Of a stretch of 64,000 nucleotides of DNA, positions 23,654 through 35,113 are shown one piece after another. A program made the translations under genes and the position numbers. This stretch comes from Nemertoderma westbladi (taxonomy: Eukaryota > Animalia > Xenacoelomorpha): contig JAUCBJ010006587.1 in assembly GCA_032718475.1 (NCBI GenBank), positions 62,001-126,000 of the forward strand. The letters are read 5' to 3'. Below the pieces are notes generated by a model. It ran no database searches. It was given only the letters and a program-made list of their open reading frames with translations, and was not told the origin of the DNA. The stretch's first letter is position 1; each line of letters begins with the position of its first letter.

Positions 23654-25272
23654 AAGTTCGGATTGCAGGGTAGGCAATAAATACAGTTTAATATTGTTCT
23701 GGTAAGAACAATAACGGATATATGTCTAATTGCAGGGTAGGCAATAAATACAGTTTAATATTGTTCTGGTAAGAACAATAACGGATATAGCTTCTGTATT
23801 GCAGTAGGCAATAAAGCTGAAGTACCGGCAACCGGTACCCAGTAGGCCTGACTACCTAACCACCCAGACCGGTACCTACAGCAGTACAGGTATAGCAGTA
23901 TTATTCGATTTGATAGTTATATACTGGTAGGCCTTAATATTGAATCAGGGAGGGCCCGCCCTGGTTTTTTATTAAGATTTTACTTATTTCTGTCAAGTTT
24001 TATTTATTTGTAGGCCAATATTGAGCAGAAGGCGTGTAAGCCTGCTCAGATTGTACAGATAATTTGTAGGCTTGACTGTTGTCTAACTGTTGTTAAGTCT
24101 GATCGGATTGCAGTGTGTGTAGAGCATCTGTCTGATAAAGTGCTAGTTAGGAACGTAGGGGCTTCAAGTGCTGTGAGGTAAACCCCCTTTGAAAGAATAA
24201 GTCGTACTACTATGGTACGACTACTACTAGTCGTACTACTAGGCACGTTGGTTCTGGTAGACCGCGGTAATTAACTTCTAGGTAGGAACACTCCGTGATA
24301 CATAACGTAGTACTTATAGCGATACGGCTATAAGTCGTCAGACGGTGGTATTTTCCTATCTGGACAACGCAGTATATTTACTACTACTTATTATTTTCAA
24401 ATACCGTAGTACCCTGTCCGTTGTAATAACCAGATATTCTAACCCTTTGTTAGGCTGGTTAGTAGACTTCTTGTAAAATTACCCTAAAAATTCGTATTTG
24501 TGTATTTGTAATTTTTTTTGTGTTTATTTAGAGATTGTAATCTCAACCCGAATTGTACGTAATTTGTAATATTAAGTAACTTAGGTAAATTAGAATTATT
24601 TGTTTTAGTGTCCAACAAGTAGCACTTCATTGAGAGCGCACAGCTTCTGTGTAGTGACTCCCCCCAGAAATAATAACATTTATTTCAAATATTGACAAAA
24701 ACCCATTTTAACGGGTATATATATTATAAATCAACTTAAACGATTTATAAAATAGTAGGCCTGCCATACAACAATTAGGTCTCAATATCAGTTGGACTAC
24801 TGCTTAAATAACGGTAATAAAGTAAGTTAAAGTAACCAAGTAACCCTTAAAATTCAGAAATTCAATTATTCTAAAATAATTGACATACCGGTATTTACAA
24901 TAGGCTTATTATATTTATTTCTATAAATTTTAGGCTGAAATTATACCGGTATTCTGTAATTAATTCTAGTTAATAATTATACTTATATATACTATAAGTG
25001 TAAACTGCATACCGGTATTCACGATAGGCCTATTATATATTTATATATACTTGTGCTGAAAGTACATACCGGTATTCTGTGACAAATCTAGTCTGTGACA
25101 ATACTTATATATATATACTATAAGCATACCGGTATTCTAATATATTATATATATATCACGCTACACTGAGTAGCAGTATCGGTAATTAATTACTAGGCTA
25201 GCAGTTAATACTGAATTACTAGACTTGCTTAGACTGTAATATAGCAGTAGGCATTCAACTGTGCAAACAAAC

Positions 25273-27714
25273 ATGTCTGATACTAAGCAGAACCTGTCAG
25301 ACAGTTTATTAGATGTAACTATCTGCGACTCAGATAGGGGTGTAGAACCGTCTAGACCTAAGTTCAGTTCACCTCCCACTGTGAGGAAGGTCATCCCTCC
25401 TGTAGTAATTTCAGACCCTAGGCTAGTCCAACATCGTAGGTCTATCATAGGCACTCGAGCTCAGGTCAAGCGGGACCAAGAAGCAGCGGAACAGCAACAA
25501 CTCGCGAGCCAAGAACTTATTTCTCAACGGTCCGACAGCTCCAGTAGTGAGGATACTGTAGAGCTGACACCCGAGCGCGGAGCAAAGATGACGGATGCGG
25601 TTTATTCAGATCCCCTACTCATCCTTCCTGCAGCCGTACTCACTAGGTTATTGATTGCGGTGGAAGAACACCAGATCGATTGGGCGAGAAGTAAGCGATC
25701 GACTAAAGATAGTTATGCGGGATATACAAGGGAAGAACTGAAGTCTATTGTCGAGTCGCAATGGAACTTCCCCGGACCCGGACTCCCGTTTGATTTATCA
25801 GAAGCTGCCTGGGAAGATATACACAGGATGGGAGTAACCAAGGAAACCGTCGATCCAGCTGTGTGGAAGAGGTCCGCAGCCGGATACGTACAGGGATTCG
25901 TAAGCTCTATGGAGCGAGTAGAAAAACAACTGTTTCAACAACCCCAAGGACCTCAAGAGCAGGGACAACTGCTTTATCAAGTTAGAGAAAGAATTCTACG
26001 AATCAGGCTAATCTTATCAGCCTTTGAGGAGGCTTCTAAAAGAAGACAAGACACGTCGTTGCAAGTTGCCGTAAAGACTTGGTTTCAACGGGTGAGCCTC
26101 CAAGTGCAGGGAACGACTCAGTGGAAAGCCCAACTGGATGAGCGCTCAACCCATGGAGAATCAACAGACGCTACTTTTTCCCAAGTGGAAAGTGAAGCGA
26201 CGGCAGAGAAGCCGCATAAGAGGGATGCCATTGACATCTATCTGTCGGACTATCAACGTTTTGTAGGAGATGAAGAGTTGAGGAGAAGACTAGAGGGGCT
26301 TAGCCCTAATAGTGAAGGAGCCCAGCGTGTGTTGGACGCAATCGATGTGGATAGGTTAGCTGCGAACCAAGCTAAATTCAATGAAAGCATCCGCATCGCT
26401 AAGGTTCAAGAAGAACAAGTAAAGAAAAAACGTATAGAAGACAGAAAGATAGCAGCAGTGGCAGCAGCAGTGGCAGCGGCAGAAGCGGAAAGAAAGGCTG
26501 TAGAAGCGGAAAGAAAAGCAGCCGAAGTGGAAAGAAAAGCGGCAGCGGCAGAGGCAGAAGCGGAAAGAAAAGCAGCCGAAGTGGAAAGAAAAGCGGCAGA
26601 GGCAGTGGCAGAAGCAGAACGAAAGGCGTCTGAAGAGACTGCCCAACTAGAGTTGGAAAATCTTCAAGAGAAGCAAGACAACTTTAATAAACAGTTAACA
26701 GCTAGTAATATGCAGATGATGAATCGATCTACTCCCAAAAGGCAAGGTTATACATCATCTGAGGAAGGCGATACCACAGATCAGGAAGGCGGAGGAAATC
26801 GATCTCGCCTAAGCAGACGTAAAAGAATGTCCCACCGTCAGAAATTGCCTGATTTGCCCCCAGCTGTTCGAAGGCAACTAAATAACACAAATTTAGGTAG
26901 TACAGAACCCACAGACCAAATAATTAAAATAGAAAGACTCCCTACTATAGTAGACGAGCCTGAAATAATTAGGCCTGTTCTTGAAATCACCCCTTCGGTG
27001 ATAGAGACACCTGTACTCCCAGAACCTACCTTTAAATTCCCTTTACACAGCACCAAATTATCTGTGCCTAGAGGAACAGCCCCTGAAACAGTGTCGGTCC
27101 TGGACTCCGAGCGAAATATAAAGGATATATCGCCCGTAGTCCCTCGTCTGCCCGCTACGACGTTGGCGGATCCTGCTTCGGCGGTTGATTGGGTAGACGA
27201 GAGACGGCGGGGGATGGATATTCTCCTCGGAAAGATGGAGGAGAATCGAGTGCGCTCCTCCCAACAGGTCCGAGAGTTAGAAGGGACTGTTCAACAGTTA
27301 AAGGGAACCGTAAAGGAAAGTAGGTTAGAGTTGCAAGAAGTGCAGCAAAGTATCGCGCTAGAACGCGATAAATTAGTAAATTTACAAAAGGGTATACCAC
27401 CACCCCCGGTAACAATGTGTCAACCTGTTAGGTCTGAAGTATCTCATGCGCAAGGTGTGGAGCCTACACGCATATATACTGCTAGCGAAGTAGAAACTCC
27501 TATAGTGAACCCTATTAAGGGTAATTATAGACCTGTTGATAATGATATTCCCTATAGACCTGATCATAATCCGAGAAATTTATATACCGATAACTCGATA
27601 TTAAATAACACGATGGCCCAAGAAAGTTTTACGCGTCAAATGGCTAGAACCGAAGCCCGCCAAGCGGTAAAGGTGGGAGAGATAGTCAAGTTCAATGGAG
27701 ATGAGATGAAATGA
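25273..27714 (+). pseudogene. gag: gag N-terminal part of element A, truncated by the LINE insertion
   Basis: Homologous to the B and C gag. It ends ...VKFNGDEMK* where B continues EMKWLPFNEYY, and the TGA is created by the insertion junction. Confidence 0.9.
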
Positions 27715-29638
27715 CTCAAACAGACTACAGCGGCCAAGAATGCAGTTAAAGCTGCATCTAGGTCTCTGAACAGGCAGTACTCTGTTAATCTACAGGAGCT
27801 AATAAACCAACAGGTTGATGCCATCAATGATGCTGACGACAGCAGGCAATCATCCCAGGCATGGAAATCGATCAATCTGCTTACTGGGCGGAAAAGCCAA
27901 CCAACCACCAAGGTTAAGGCTGAATCACCAGCCGATCGCCTCAATGGTTGGAAAGCCCACTTTGAAAAGCTCCTCAATAATGACAGGGTATTGCCTGATA
28001 ACTTTATAGAAGTAAAAGTGTCTGAGTCTGTACTCCCAGATATTCCCATTGGCGATATCTCCTTTGCAGAAGTGAAGGCTGCTGCAAAGAGCATTAAGAC
28101 CAATCGTGCCAGTGGAGTAGATGGTGTTCCCCCTGAGGTCTTTAAAATACCTGAGTGTCTAAAGCTCATCTATCCCATCATAGTAGACATGTACCGTACA
28201 ACAAGAGTCCCACAAGAAATGAAAACAAATAAGTTGGTGCCAGTTCCCAAGAAGGGCAACCTAACACTCTATGGTTCTTTTCGGGGAATCTCATTGATCT
28301 CGATTGCTGCAAAACTATACAATAGAATTCTATTAAATCGCATCAGGGATCCCATTGAGAGACTGCTACGTGGAAATCAGAATGGGTTCCGTAAAGGTCG
28401 TGGGACCATGGAGCCCATTTTGGCACTTAGAAGGATAATTGAAGAGTTATCAAAAAAGAAAGACAGGCATCTGGCTGTTATCTTTGTTGACTTCTTCAAG
28501 GCCTTTGATTCAGTCTCTCGCTCACGTATGTTCAGCATACTTTCATTATATGGGATTCCTGATGAAATTATTGCAGCAATCAGATCAGTATACGATGGTT
28601 CGACAACATTTGTGTCTACTGTTGACGGTGACACAGAACCATTTGAAGTGTTATGGGGCGTCCTCCAAGGAGACACACTTGCACCATTCTTGTTCATTAT
28701 TGTGGTTGACTATGTTCTACGCATGTCCTTAGATCATCATAATGATGATGGGGTGATGATAACTCCACCTACTGGCTCCAGAAGTCGAGGAAATCCTGCC
28801 AAGTACCTAACTGATCTAGACTTTGCTGATGACTTAGGAGTACTCTCAGAATCATTAGAGGGAGCCCAGCGGCTCCTCAGCTCATTAGAACATGCTGCTT
28901 CTAGTGTTGGTCTTTTTATTAACTCCAGAAAGACCAAAATTCTGACAGTTAACTTTGAAAGTCCTCAGCAAGTCTCTGATCGGATGAGCATAAGCTCAAA
29001 GGATGGTATGCTTGAGCATGTGGACGACTTCTGTTACCTGGGATCATGGATCCGGAAGTCAGGTGAGGACCTTCGAATACGTAAGGGAAAGGCATGGGCA
29101 GCCTTGAATAGGCTTTCCAGGATTTGGAAGTCACCTAGAATTAATCGGAAACTTAAGGTCCGATTATTTAGAGCAGCAGTAGTTCCAGTACTCCTCTACG
29201 GGAGTCCATGCTGGGCTCTAACTGCTGAGGACACCAAATCTCTGGATGGCACATTCACAAGAATGCTACGCCGGGTACATTGTGTCAAGTACAATGCACA
29301 CATCTCCAACCAGACACTATATAACATTGGAGGTGTCTCATTGGTTCCCCCAAGCTTGACACTAGAACAAAATCGCCTCCGCTTTGCAGGACATTGCTTT
29401 CGCCGTGAGGACCAGCCAGTGCATAATCTTGTACTTTGGCAGCCTCATGGAGTGAATAAGCATGGTGGACAGCCCATGACTTTCTTGAGACGCATCTTAA
29501 AGGACACTGGCCTTAAAGATGCGGATGATCTAGCAAATGTCATGGGTGATAGGGAGTTGTGGCGGCGCAATTTTGTTGACAAGCCGGCACAGCATTCTTA
29601 AAAATGCAGCTGCAATGCAGCATGCCGATCCTAGTAGT
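27714..29638 (+). mobile_element. 5'-truncated RTE-clade non-LTR retrotransposon
   Basis: TSD AGATGAAATG (27704-27713, 29639-29648; 8-10 bp because of overlap with the tail) and a (TAG)n tail. The empty site is visible in B at ~41266-41280. Confidence 0.92.
27715..29601 (+). CDS. LINE reverse transcriptase (open frame, 5'-truncated, no endonuclease)
   Basis: RGISL, QNGFR, FVDFFKAFDSV, GVLQGDTLAPFLF, LDFADD, YLGS and the RTE-type C-terminus RLRFAGHCFRR...LW.P. The frame is open from the 5' junction. Confidence 0.9.
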   Translation, partial: LKQTTAAKNAVKAASRSLNRQYSVNLQELINQQVDAINDADDSRQSSQAWKSINLLTGRKSQPTTKVKAESPADRLNGWKAHFEKLLNNDRVLPDNFIEVKVSESVLPDIPIGDISFAEVKAAAKSIKTNRASGVDGVPPEVFKIPECLKLIYPIIVDMYRTTRVPQEMKTNKLVPVPKKGNLTLYGSFRGISLISIAAKLYNRILLNRIRDPIERLLRGNQNGFRKGRGTMEPILALRRIIEELSKKKDRHLAVIFVDFFKAFDSVSRSRMFSILSLYGIPDEIIAAIRSVYDGSTTFVSTVDGDTEPFEVLWGVLQGDTLAPFLFIIVVDYVLRMSLDHHNDDGVMITPPTGSRSRGNPAKYLTDLDFADDLGVLSESLEGAQRLLSSLEHAASSVGLFINSRKTKILTVNFESPQQVSDRMSISSKDGMLEHVDDFCYLGSWIRKSGEDLRIRKGKAWAALNRLSRIWKSPRINRKLKVRLFRAAVVPVLLYGSPCWALTAEDTKSLDGTFTRMLRRVHCVKYNAHISNQTLYNIGGVSLVPPSLTLEQNRLRFAGHCFRREDQPVHNLVLWQPHGVNKHGGQPMTFLRRILKDTGLKDADDLANVMGDRELWRRNFVDKPAQHS

Positions 29639-29640
29639 AG

Positions 29641-31887
29641 ATGAAATGGTTACCTTTTAATGAATATTACAAAGATAACATACAGAACTCTGTGCTATCT
29701 AATGGAGAGAAACTTAGATTCCTCATCGAGTGCTTGGAAGGATCTCCCAAGCTAATGGCGTTAAAGTTTATTGGACATCCAGACGGATTAAGACAAGTTT
29801 GGGATACACTAAACATCAGGTATGGTAATAGGAATAACATAGCTAGGTATTTGTATGCAAAATTAATGGCGCCCCGAAAGTTTCTTAGCAGCGGGATTAT
29901 AGAGTTTTCCGATGAGATTCAGGAGATCTGTAGACAATTAGATTGGCTAGGTAAGTCTCATGAATACCAGAATTCTATGGTTGTAGGAGCCTTAGCATCT
30001 ACTTTGCCCAAGGGTGGAGTAGGTACACGCTGGGACAAGAAAGTGTTATATATGATGGAACAACAACGACGAGACCCTACCATGGCTGATCTCATGTCAT
30101 TCTTAGATGGAGAAGTGAAATTACAGCTCCTAAGGCAGTCCAGAGAGAAGACACTGGAAAACAAGGTAAGTGAGAAACCCGTTTCTAGGAGAAGGGTAAT
30201 ACCAGTGTGTTATACCGACGACGGCGAAAGCCAGGCTTCTCAAGAGGAAGACAGCGGGAAAGACACTGAAAGATCTTACTATGACCACAAAGCGACTAAG
30301 GACGTAAGTAAATTCAAGTCTCGAACCAATGACAGGAGAGAACAGGTAAGAAAAACTCCTCCTACGTCTCCTAAGAGAATTCAAGTAAGAAAGCCCGAAG
30401 AAAGAACGAGTGTGCACAACGTTACTCAAAGTAAGGTAAGTAACATCAAACCAAAATGTGTGCTGTGCGACGGGCCCCACCGTTTGAATATGTGTGATAA
30501 ATTCCTAAAGAAATCATTAAAGGATAGACGTGAAGTCATGTGGGATAAGCGGTTGTGTTATAATTGCCTCAGACGAGGACACCAACGGCGAACCTGTTAC
30601 TCCGACTCAAGGTGTGCAAAGTGCGGCGCAAAACATCATATCTTGTTGCACACGGAATTCGAACGAAACAGCCCGAGTCAGGTAAGTGAGTCCGAACTAC
30701 ATGTCCAATTCAGTGATGTGAACGACACTGACCAATATTCTGAGATGGAAGGATTCTATACGGACGAATTCTCCGACGAAAACGAATCCTGTTACCTGAC
30801 AAATACCGCAGTGTATCGAGCACTTACGTATGAAAAGGACACCGACAGCGAGCTCCCCCTAACTACTTCTGACCGACAACCATCTTGGAAAGCACCAACT
30901 TCCAATGTAGGAATCCGAGAATTTCCTGTAGTACAGTTAAGGGTCCACGGACCTACAAGGAGTTATATAGTGAACGCCCTCCTTGACTCCGGTAGCACAG
31001 GAACATTCATCGACAAAGAACTAGCCGAAGACATCTTTGCTGGACAACCCAAGTTCCGAACTAAGCTAAACATGTCAGGAATTATGCAGGTTTGGAAATC
31101 TACCGTAATAGCGGATTATTATGTAGGCGCGTTGTCCACCCCCCAGGATGAACTAGGAGAACACAGCATAAGGTCAGTAAAAATGGTAGCGATAAAGAAC
31201 TTCGCGACCAGCCAAGTGGAACCTTATAACTGGGATGAGGACGATTTCACCCAGCAGCTTGAAATACCTAGATTCAACACCGATTACCCTGGAGTCCAAA
31301 TACTCATCGGTCAAAATGCGCATGAAGCGCTCGAGACATTGGAGAAACGGCCTGCTCAACCGCAACCACTACAAGTCTATGCGGGAAGAACTAGAGTAGG
31401 TTGGTACTTTACTGGCCCTTCTCGTAGAACTCTTATGGAAAGATTACCAAAAGAACAGGTATATCAATTAAGTGAACGGGAAGTGGAGAGCAGTGAAGTT
31501 GACGACCCAACTGAGGGAACACCATACTCCTCAGATAATGACGACATCAACTCCAATGTAGATCAATGGAGACATTGCCCCGAGACGATCAATCTAGCCG
31601 ACATCGCTTCCAGAGGAGCAACTCCTCAAGAACTTACAGATACTCCAGACCGGTTAGGTGGACCCGACTTCCTAAGTAAAGAAGATGAATGGCCTCCTCA
31701 TCTTACCCCGGTGAAGATTAGACAGGCCAAGGGAGCGGAGAAAGTAACACAACCACTCAATCGCCCAGCTGGTCGTTTATGTTTACTGGAAAGAGACCGA
31801 AAACTGTCCGGAAACTATGGAAGGCAAGATACTCTTCCCACGACCACCTCCCTAATCCAACAAATATCTAGGGACTCCATAACGTAA
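29641..31887 (+). pseudogene. gag-pro: gag C-terminus, aspartic protease and fused pol remnants of element A (RT, RNase H and integrase deleted)
   Basis: Triple Cys/His knuckle (CVLCDGPHRLNMC, CYNCLRRGHQRRTC, CAKCGAKHHILLH) and LLDSGS. Junctions DDI|NSNVDQWRH and EDEWPPHL|..VKIR relative to C and to full BEL pol. Confidence 0.9.
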
Positions 31888-33512
31888 CAACATACGGAGT
31901 GGGTGTGTGACTACATTATTTTATATTTATTTTTATTATTTTATATTATGTATGTATTATTATGTAATTTTATTATAATCGTTTTCTTTAATTTTATTTA
32001 GTAGAATGTTATTTAGTGATTATTTAGTAGATTAGTGCAATATATTAGTGTTTATTACTTAATTACTTATATATTATATTTAGTGCGACGGCGAGAAATA
32101 ATTCTTTTTCTCTTTCCTTACTGTCCGTATCATATTATAAATACGTGACTACAGTAAGATGAAATATCCGTACTTATTAAAGTACAATAAAGCCACTACT
32201 ATATTTAAGTATTATTGGTAGGCAGAGTATTAGGAATGCAAAGTTCAGATCCTCGTGTCTCGGCTAAACCAAGCTCTGGGTAGACCTTGGAAACGACTTG
32301 CCTCTTCTCACTGACATTGCTTCGTGCGATATTGCTCTCATACCGTATATTAAATAATACATATAGTAGCGTGATGTCCCTTTAACAGTAGCGTATAACG
32401 CAAAATAAATCTGTTAAACCCTTTGACCATCTGTAATTCTAGTCGATTAAGATATCGCGGCACCCACCGATATACTTGAAAGACAAATTCTAGAATCAGT
32501 GGTTAACGTCCCCAGACAAGTTCTGGAATAAACTGGTGCCCATCCTAAATATTAATTATTAATATTTATAAAATCTGTCAAATTTTAGATCCTTTAAAAT
32601 TCTAGTCTATTAAGATATCGTAGCACTTACCGATATTCTTAAAAAGATCAATTCCTAGAATCAAGGATCCCAGTCCACAGACTTGTTCTGGAATAAAATT
32701 GTGTCTATTTAATATTAAATAATAAAATTACGGGAATAAATTTAAATTCATCTTTTAATGAATTTGATAAATTGTTATTTTATACAATTTATAATATTCC
32801 CAAAATTCCATTAATTAATAGATCATGGGAGCGGAGATTCACCTCTTAAGTGTATTAGTGTGCGAGAATCTCCAATATAGAGTCAATAGCCGATAAAATT
32901 CATAAAATCATATATAAAGATGATATTGACCATCAAAGACTTACTATTAAATAGCATCCCAGATCTGTATGCATGAGAATTACCCTAATTCTACCGCTAG
33001 CTTTCCATAATGTCACCATAGCAACAACCACGCTAAAATTAGAAGCGAGTTAACAGAACAATAAAAAGCTTGCCCCATTGAATAGCATAGGGAATAAATA
33101 GCGCACTGCTAGTATCCAAGGATACATAATAAATACAGTGACATTCTGGAAGGTACTGACTAACGGACAAATTGCCCGAATGTGTGCGGTTATGGCAGTT
33201 GTGTTGAATTTGTGCGTTTGTAGGTGAATGTTTCTACTAAGGTGTGTTTACAGTAGCGAGTCGCAATTGTGAAAGTAGCCCTAACTCTCCAGAAAGAACC
33301 TGCAGTACATCTAAGCCTTTGGGACGGACAGTGGAGTGACTTGTGCCGGTTATCGTTGTCGTTGTGTAGCTACATCGTTGGCGAAAGCACGGCGATGACG
33401 GTACATCGGCGCTGAGGATCTTACACTGTCCGGGGGCAAAAGAGGGGTAGGCAGCGACGCCCGCTAGCCTAATATATAAACTCATTATAATATTGATAAA
33501 CTCATAGCAGAT

Positions 33513-35035
33513 ATGACTGAGTTGATAGAAGATGATCTCGGTATTAGGGAGCGATATACTCTACCTTTACAAGCGTTTGTCGATAGCTTGATACGCGGCG
33601 ACGCTGATCCAACTACTACGGAGGATGATGGTCGTTATATCTAACCGCCAATGTCCCGGAAGCAACTTGCGCGTGGGTTGGACTGTAGAAAATTCACCGC
33701 TCGCTATACACATCGTAATGGTACGTATATGGACTTCTTAACTACTGGTCATCCTATCGACCTACACGATACGAACGATATAGACACCAAAAGGGAAATT
33801 GTTTTATTTAAATATCATACCCAGCGGAAGCGGAACGATAAACTGAGACTCGAACACGAAAATTCTATTCGAAACCGACTCGAAAGTGCAGATGGTGAAG
33901 AGCCGGATAAACGCAGCGACTTCACCAAATACCTGGAATTCTTGAGAGAAACCTATCTCGATATTACCAGTCAACAGAATCTAGAAACTCGATATCCTCA
34001 AGGTATACATCATGACCGCATGGTAGAACTCAAACGGCTCTATTCCACTATGATGTATCTTACCGCCGATCGACCGCTACCTGTTGTACCGGATAGTTTC
34101 GAACGGATGGAGGAATATTGTAAGCTGGAGAAAGATCACTCGAGTTTCCCCTACAAGACGTGCGTTTTTGGTATTTTTGCGATGAATGCCCAAGACCCAA
34201 CCAACAAACGGAAAGACATAAACATCCGCGGAGACGTTGCTTTAAACACGGTTTTACTCGCTATATTTACGGGAGTTTCGAGCGAAACTTGTTCGATGTA
34301 TCACCTACGCTCGTTCGACTCAGACGATCCTTAAATAAACCAATGATCAGAGTTTCGGAATACTCGATCAGATCTTCTCATTCCCTAGTGAGACCTCAGA
34401 CTCTTGATCCTATTAGTATGACGGATCCTCCCGAGCTGTACTCACTACTCAAAGATCTAGTGTTACCTGAACAATTAGTCGGTGGCACCCCGGTTGTGGG
34501 CTTCCTAGATATTAGCCCATCCTACCTAGCCGGATTGGGACGCGGACATTTAATATCGCCGCTTAACCCTTACCATCGTCCCGGCTTAACACGATATAAC
34601 CTGTCACCAAAGTGGCGGAGAGCGTTGTACCAAATGAGTTAGACGCTATTCTACAAAGATCGGAAAAGGAACTTACGCTTGTTCAGATAAACGTAAATTG
34701 CACTAGCAAGTCCAAGCGGTAAACAAAGTAAATTTATCTCAGTTCGATCGGGAAATCCAGAATCTCTAAGAAGTTATCGAACTTGGACGACCCTATTCTC
34801 TGCGAGAGTTTTTGGATGAACGTATCCAGCTACGAGCGGAGGAAAATCAGCTCGAGGAGAAGCATATCGAAACGGCAGATACCTCGCCCATAATCCTACA
34901 CCTTCTGATGCAATCATATTGCACCCTTCACCCCGGAGTTATGGCCCTCCTAGTAAAGTGGCTCGCCCCAAAGAGAAAAGGACTCTTGCTAGCCTCAAAA
35001 AACTGCGTAAACGCCGTCCTCGTAAGAAAGACTAA
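33513..35035 (+). pseudogene. Extra ORF3 of element A (unknown function, disrupted)
   Basis: MTELIEDD start, premature TAA at 33642, fragments 33651-34334 and 34160-34642, and basic C-terminus ...LKKLRKRRPRKKD*. Homologous to B and C. Confidence 0.7.
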
Positions 35036-35113
35036 CTGTTTAGAGTATCTTTATATTTTAGAAACTGTGATTTGTTATATTTTATAGACTTAAATCCCAT
35101 TTTCTGGGAGCGG

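Noticed and set aside
23698-23710. TGGTAAGAACA as a displaced tRNA PBS
   Set aside because: It is ~58 nt from the LTR end, lies within the tandem unit and is absent from B, which still transposed.
27991-29601. Chimeric LTR element natively using a LINE-type RT
   Set aside because: The TSD, TAG tail, 5' truncation and empty sites in B and C show an ordinary later insertion.
33513-35035. env gene
   Set aside because: No signal peptide, cleavage site or transmembrane anchor is visible, and the C-terminus is basic.
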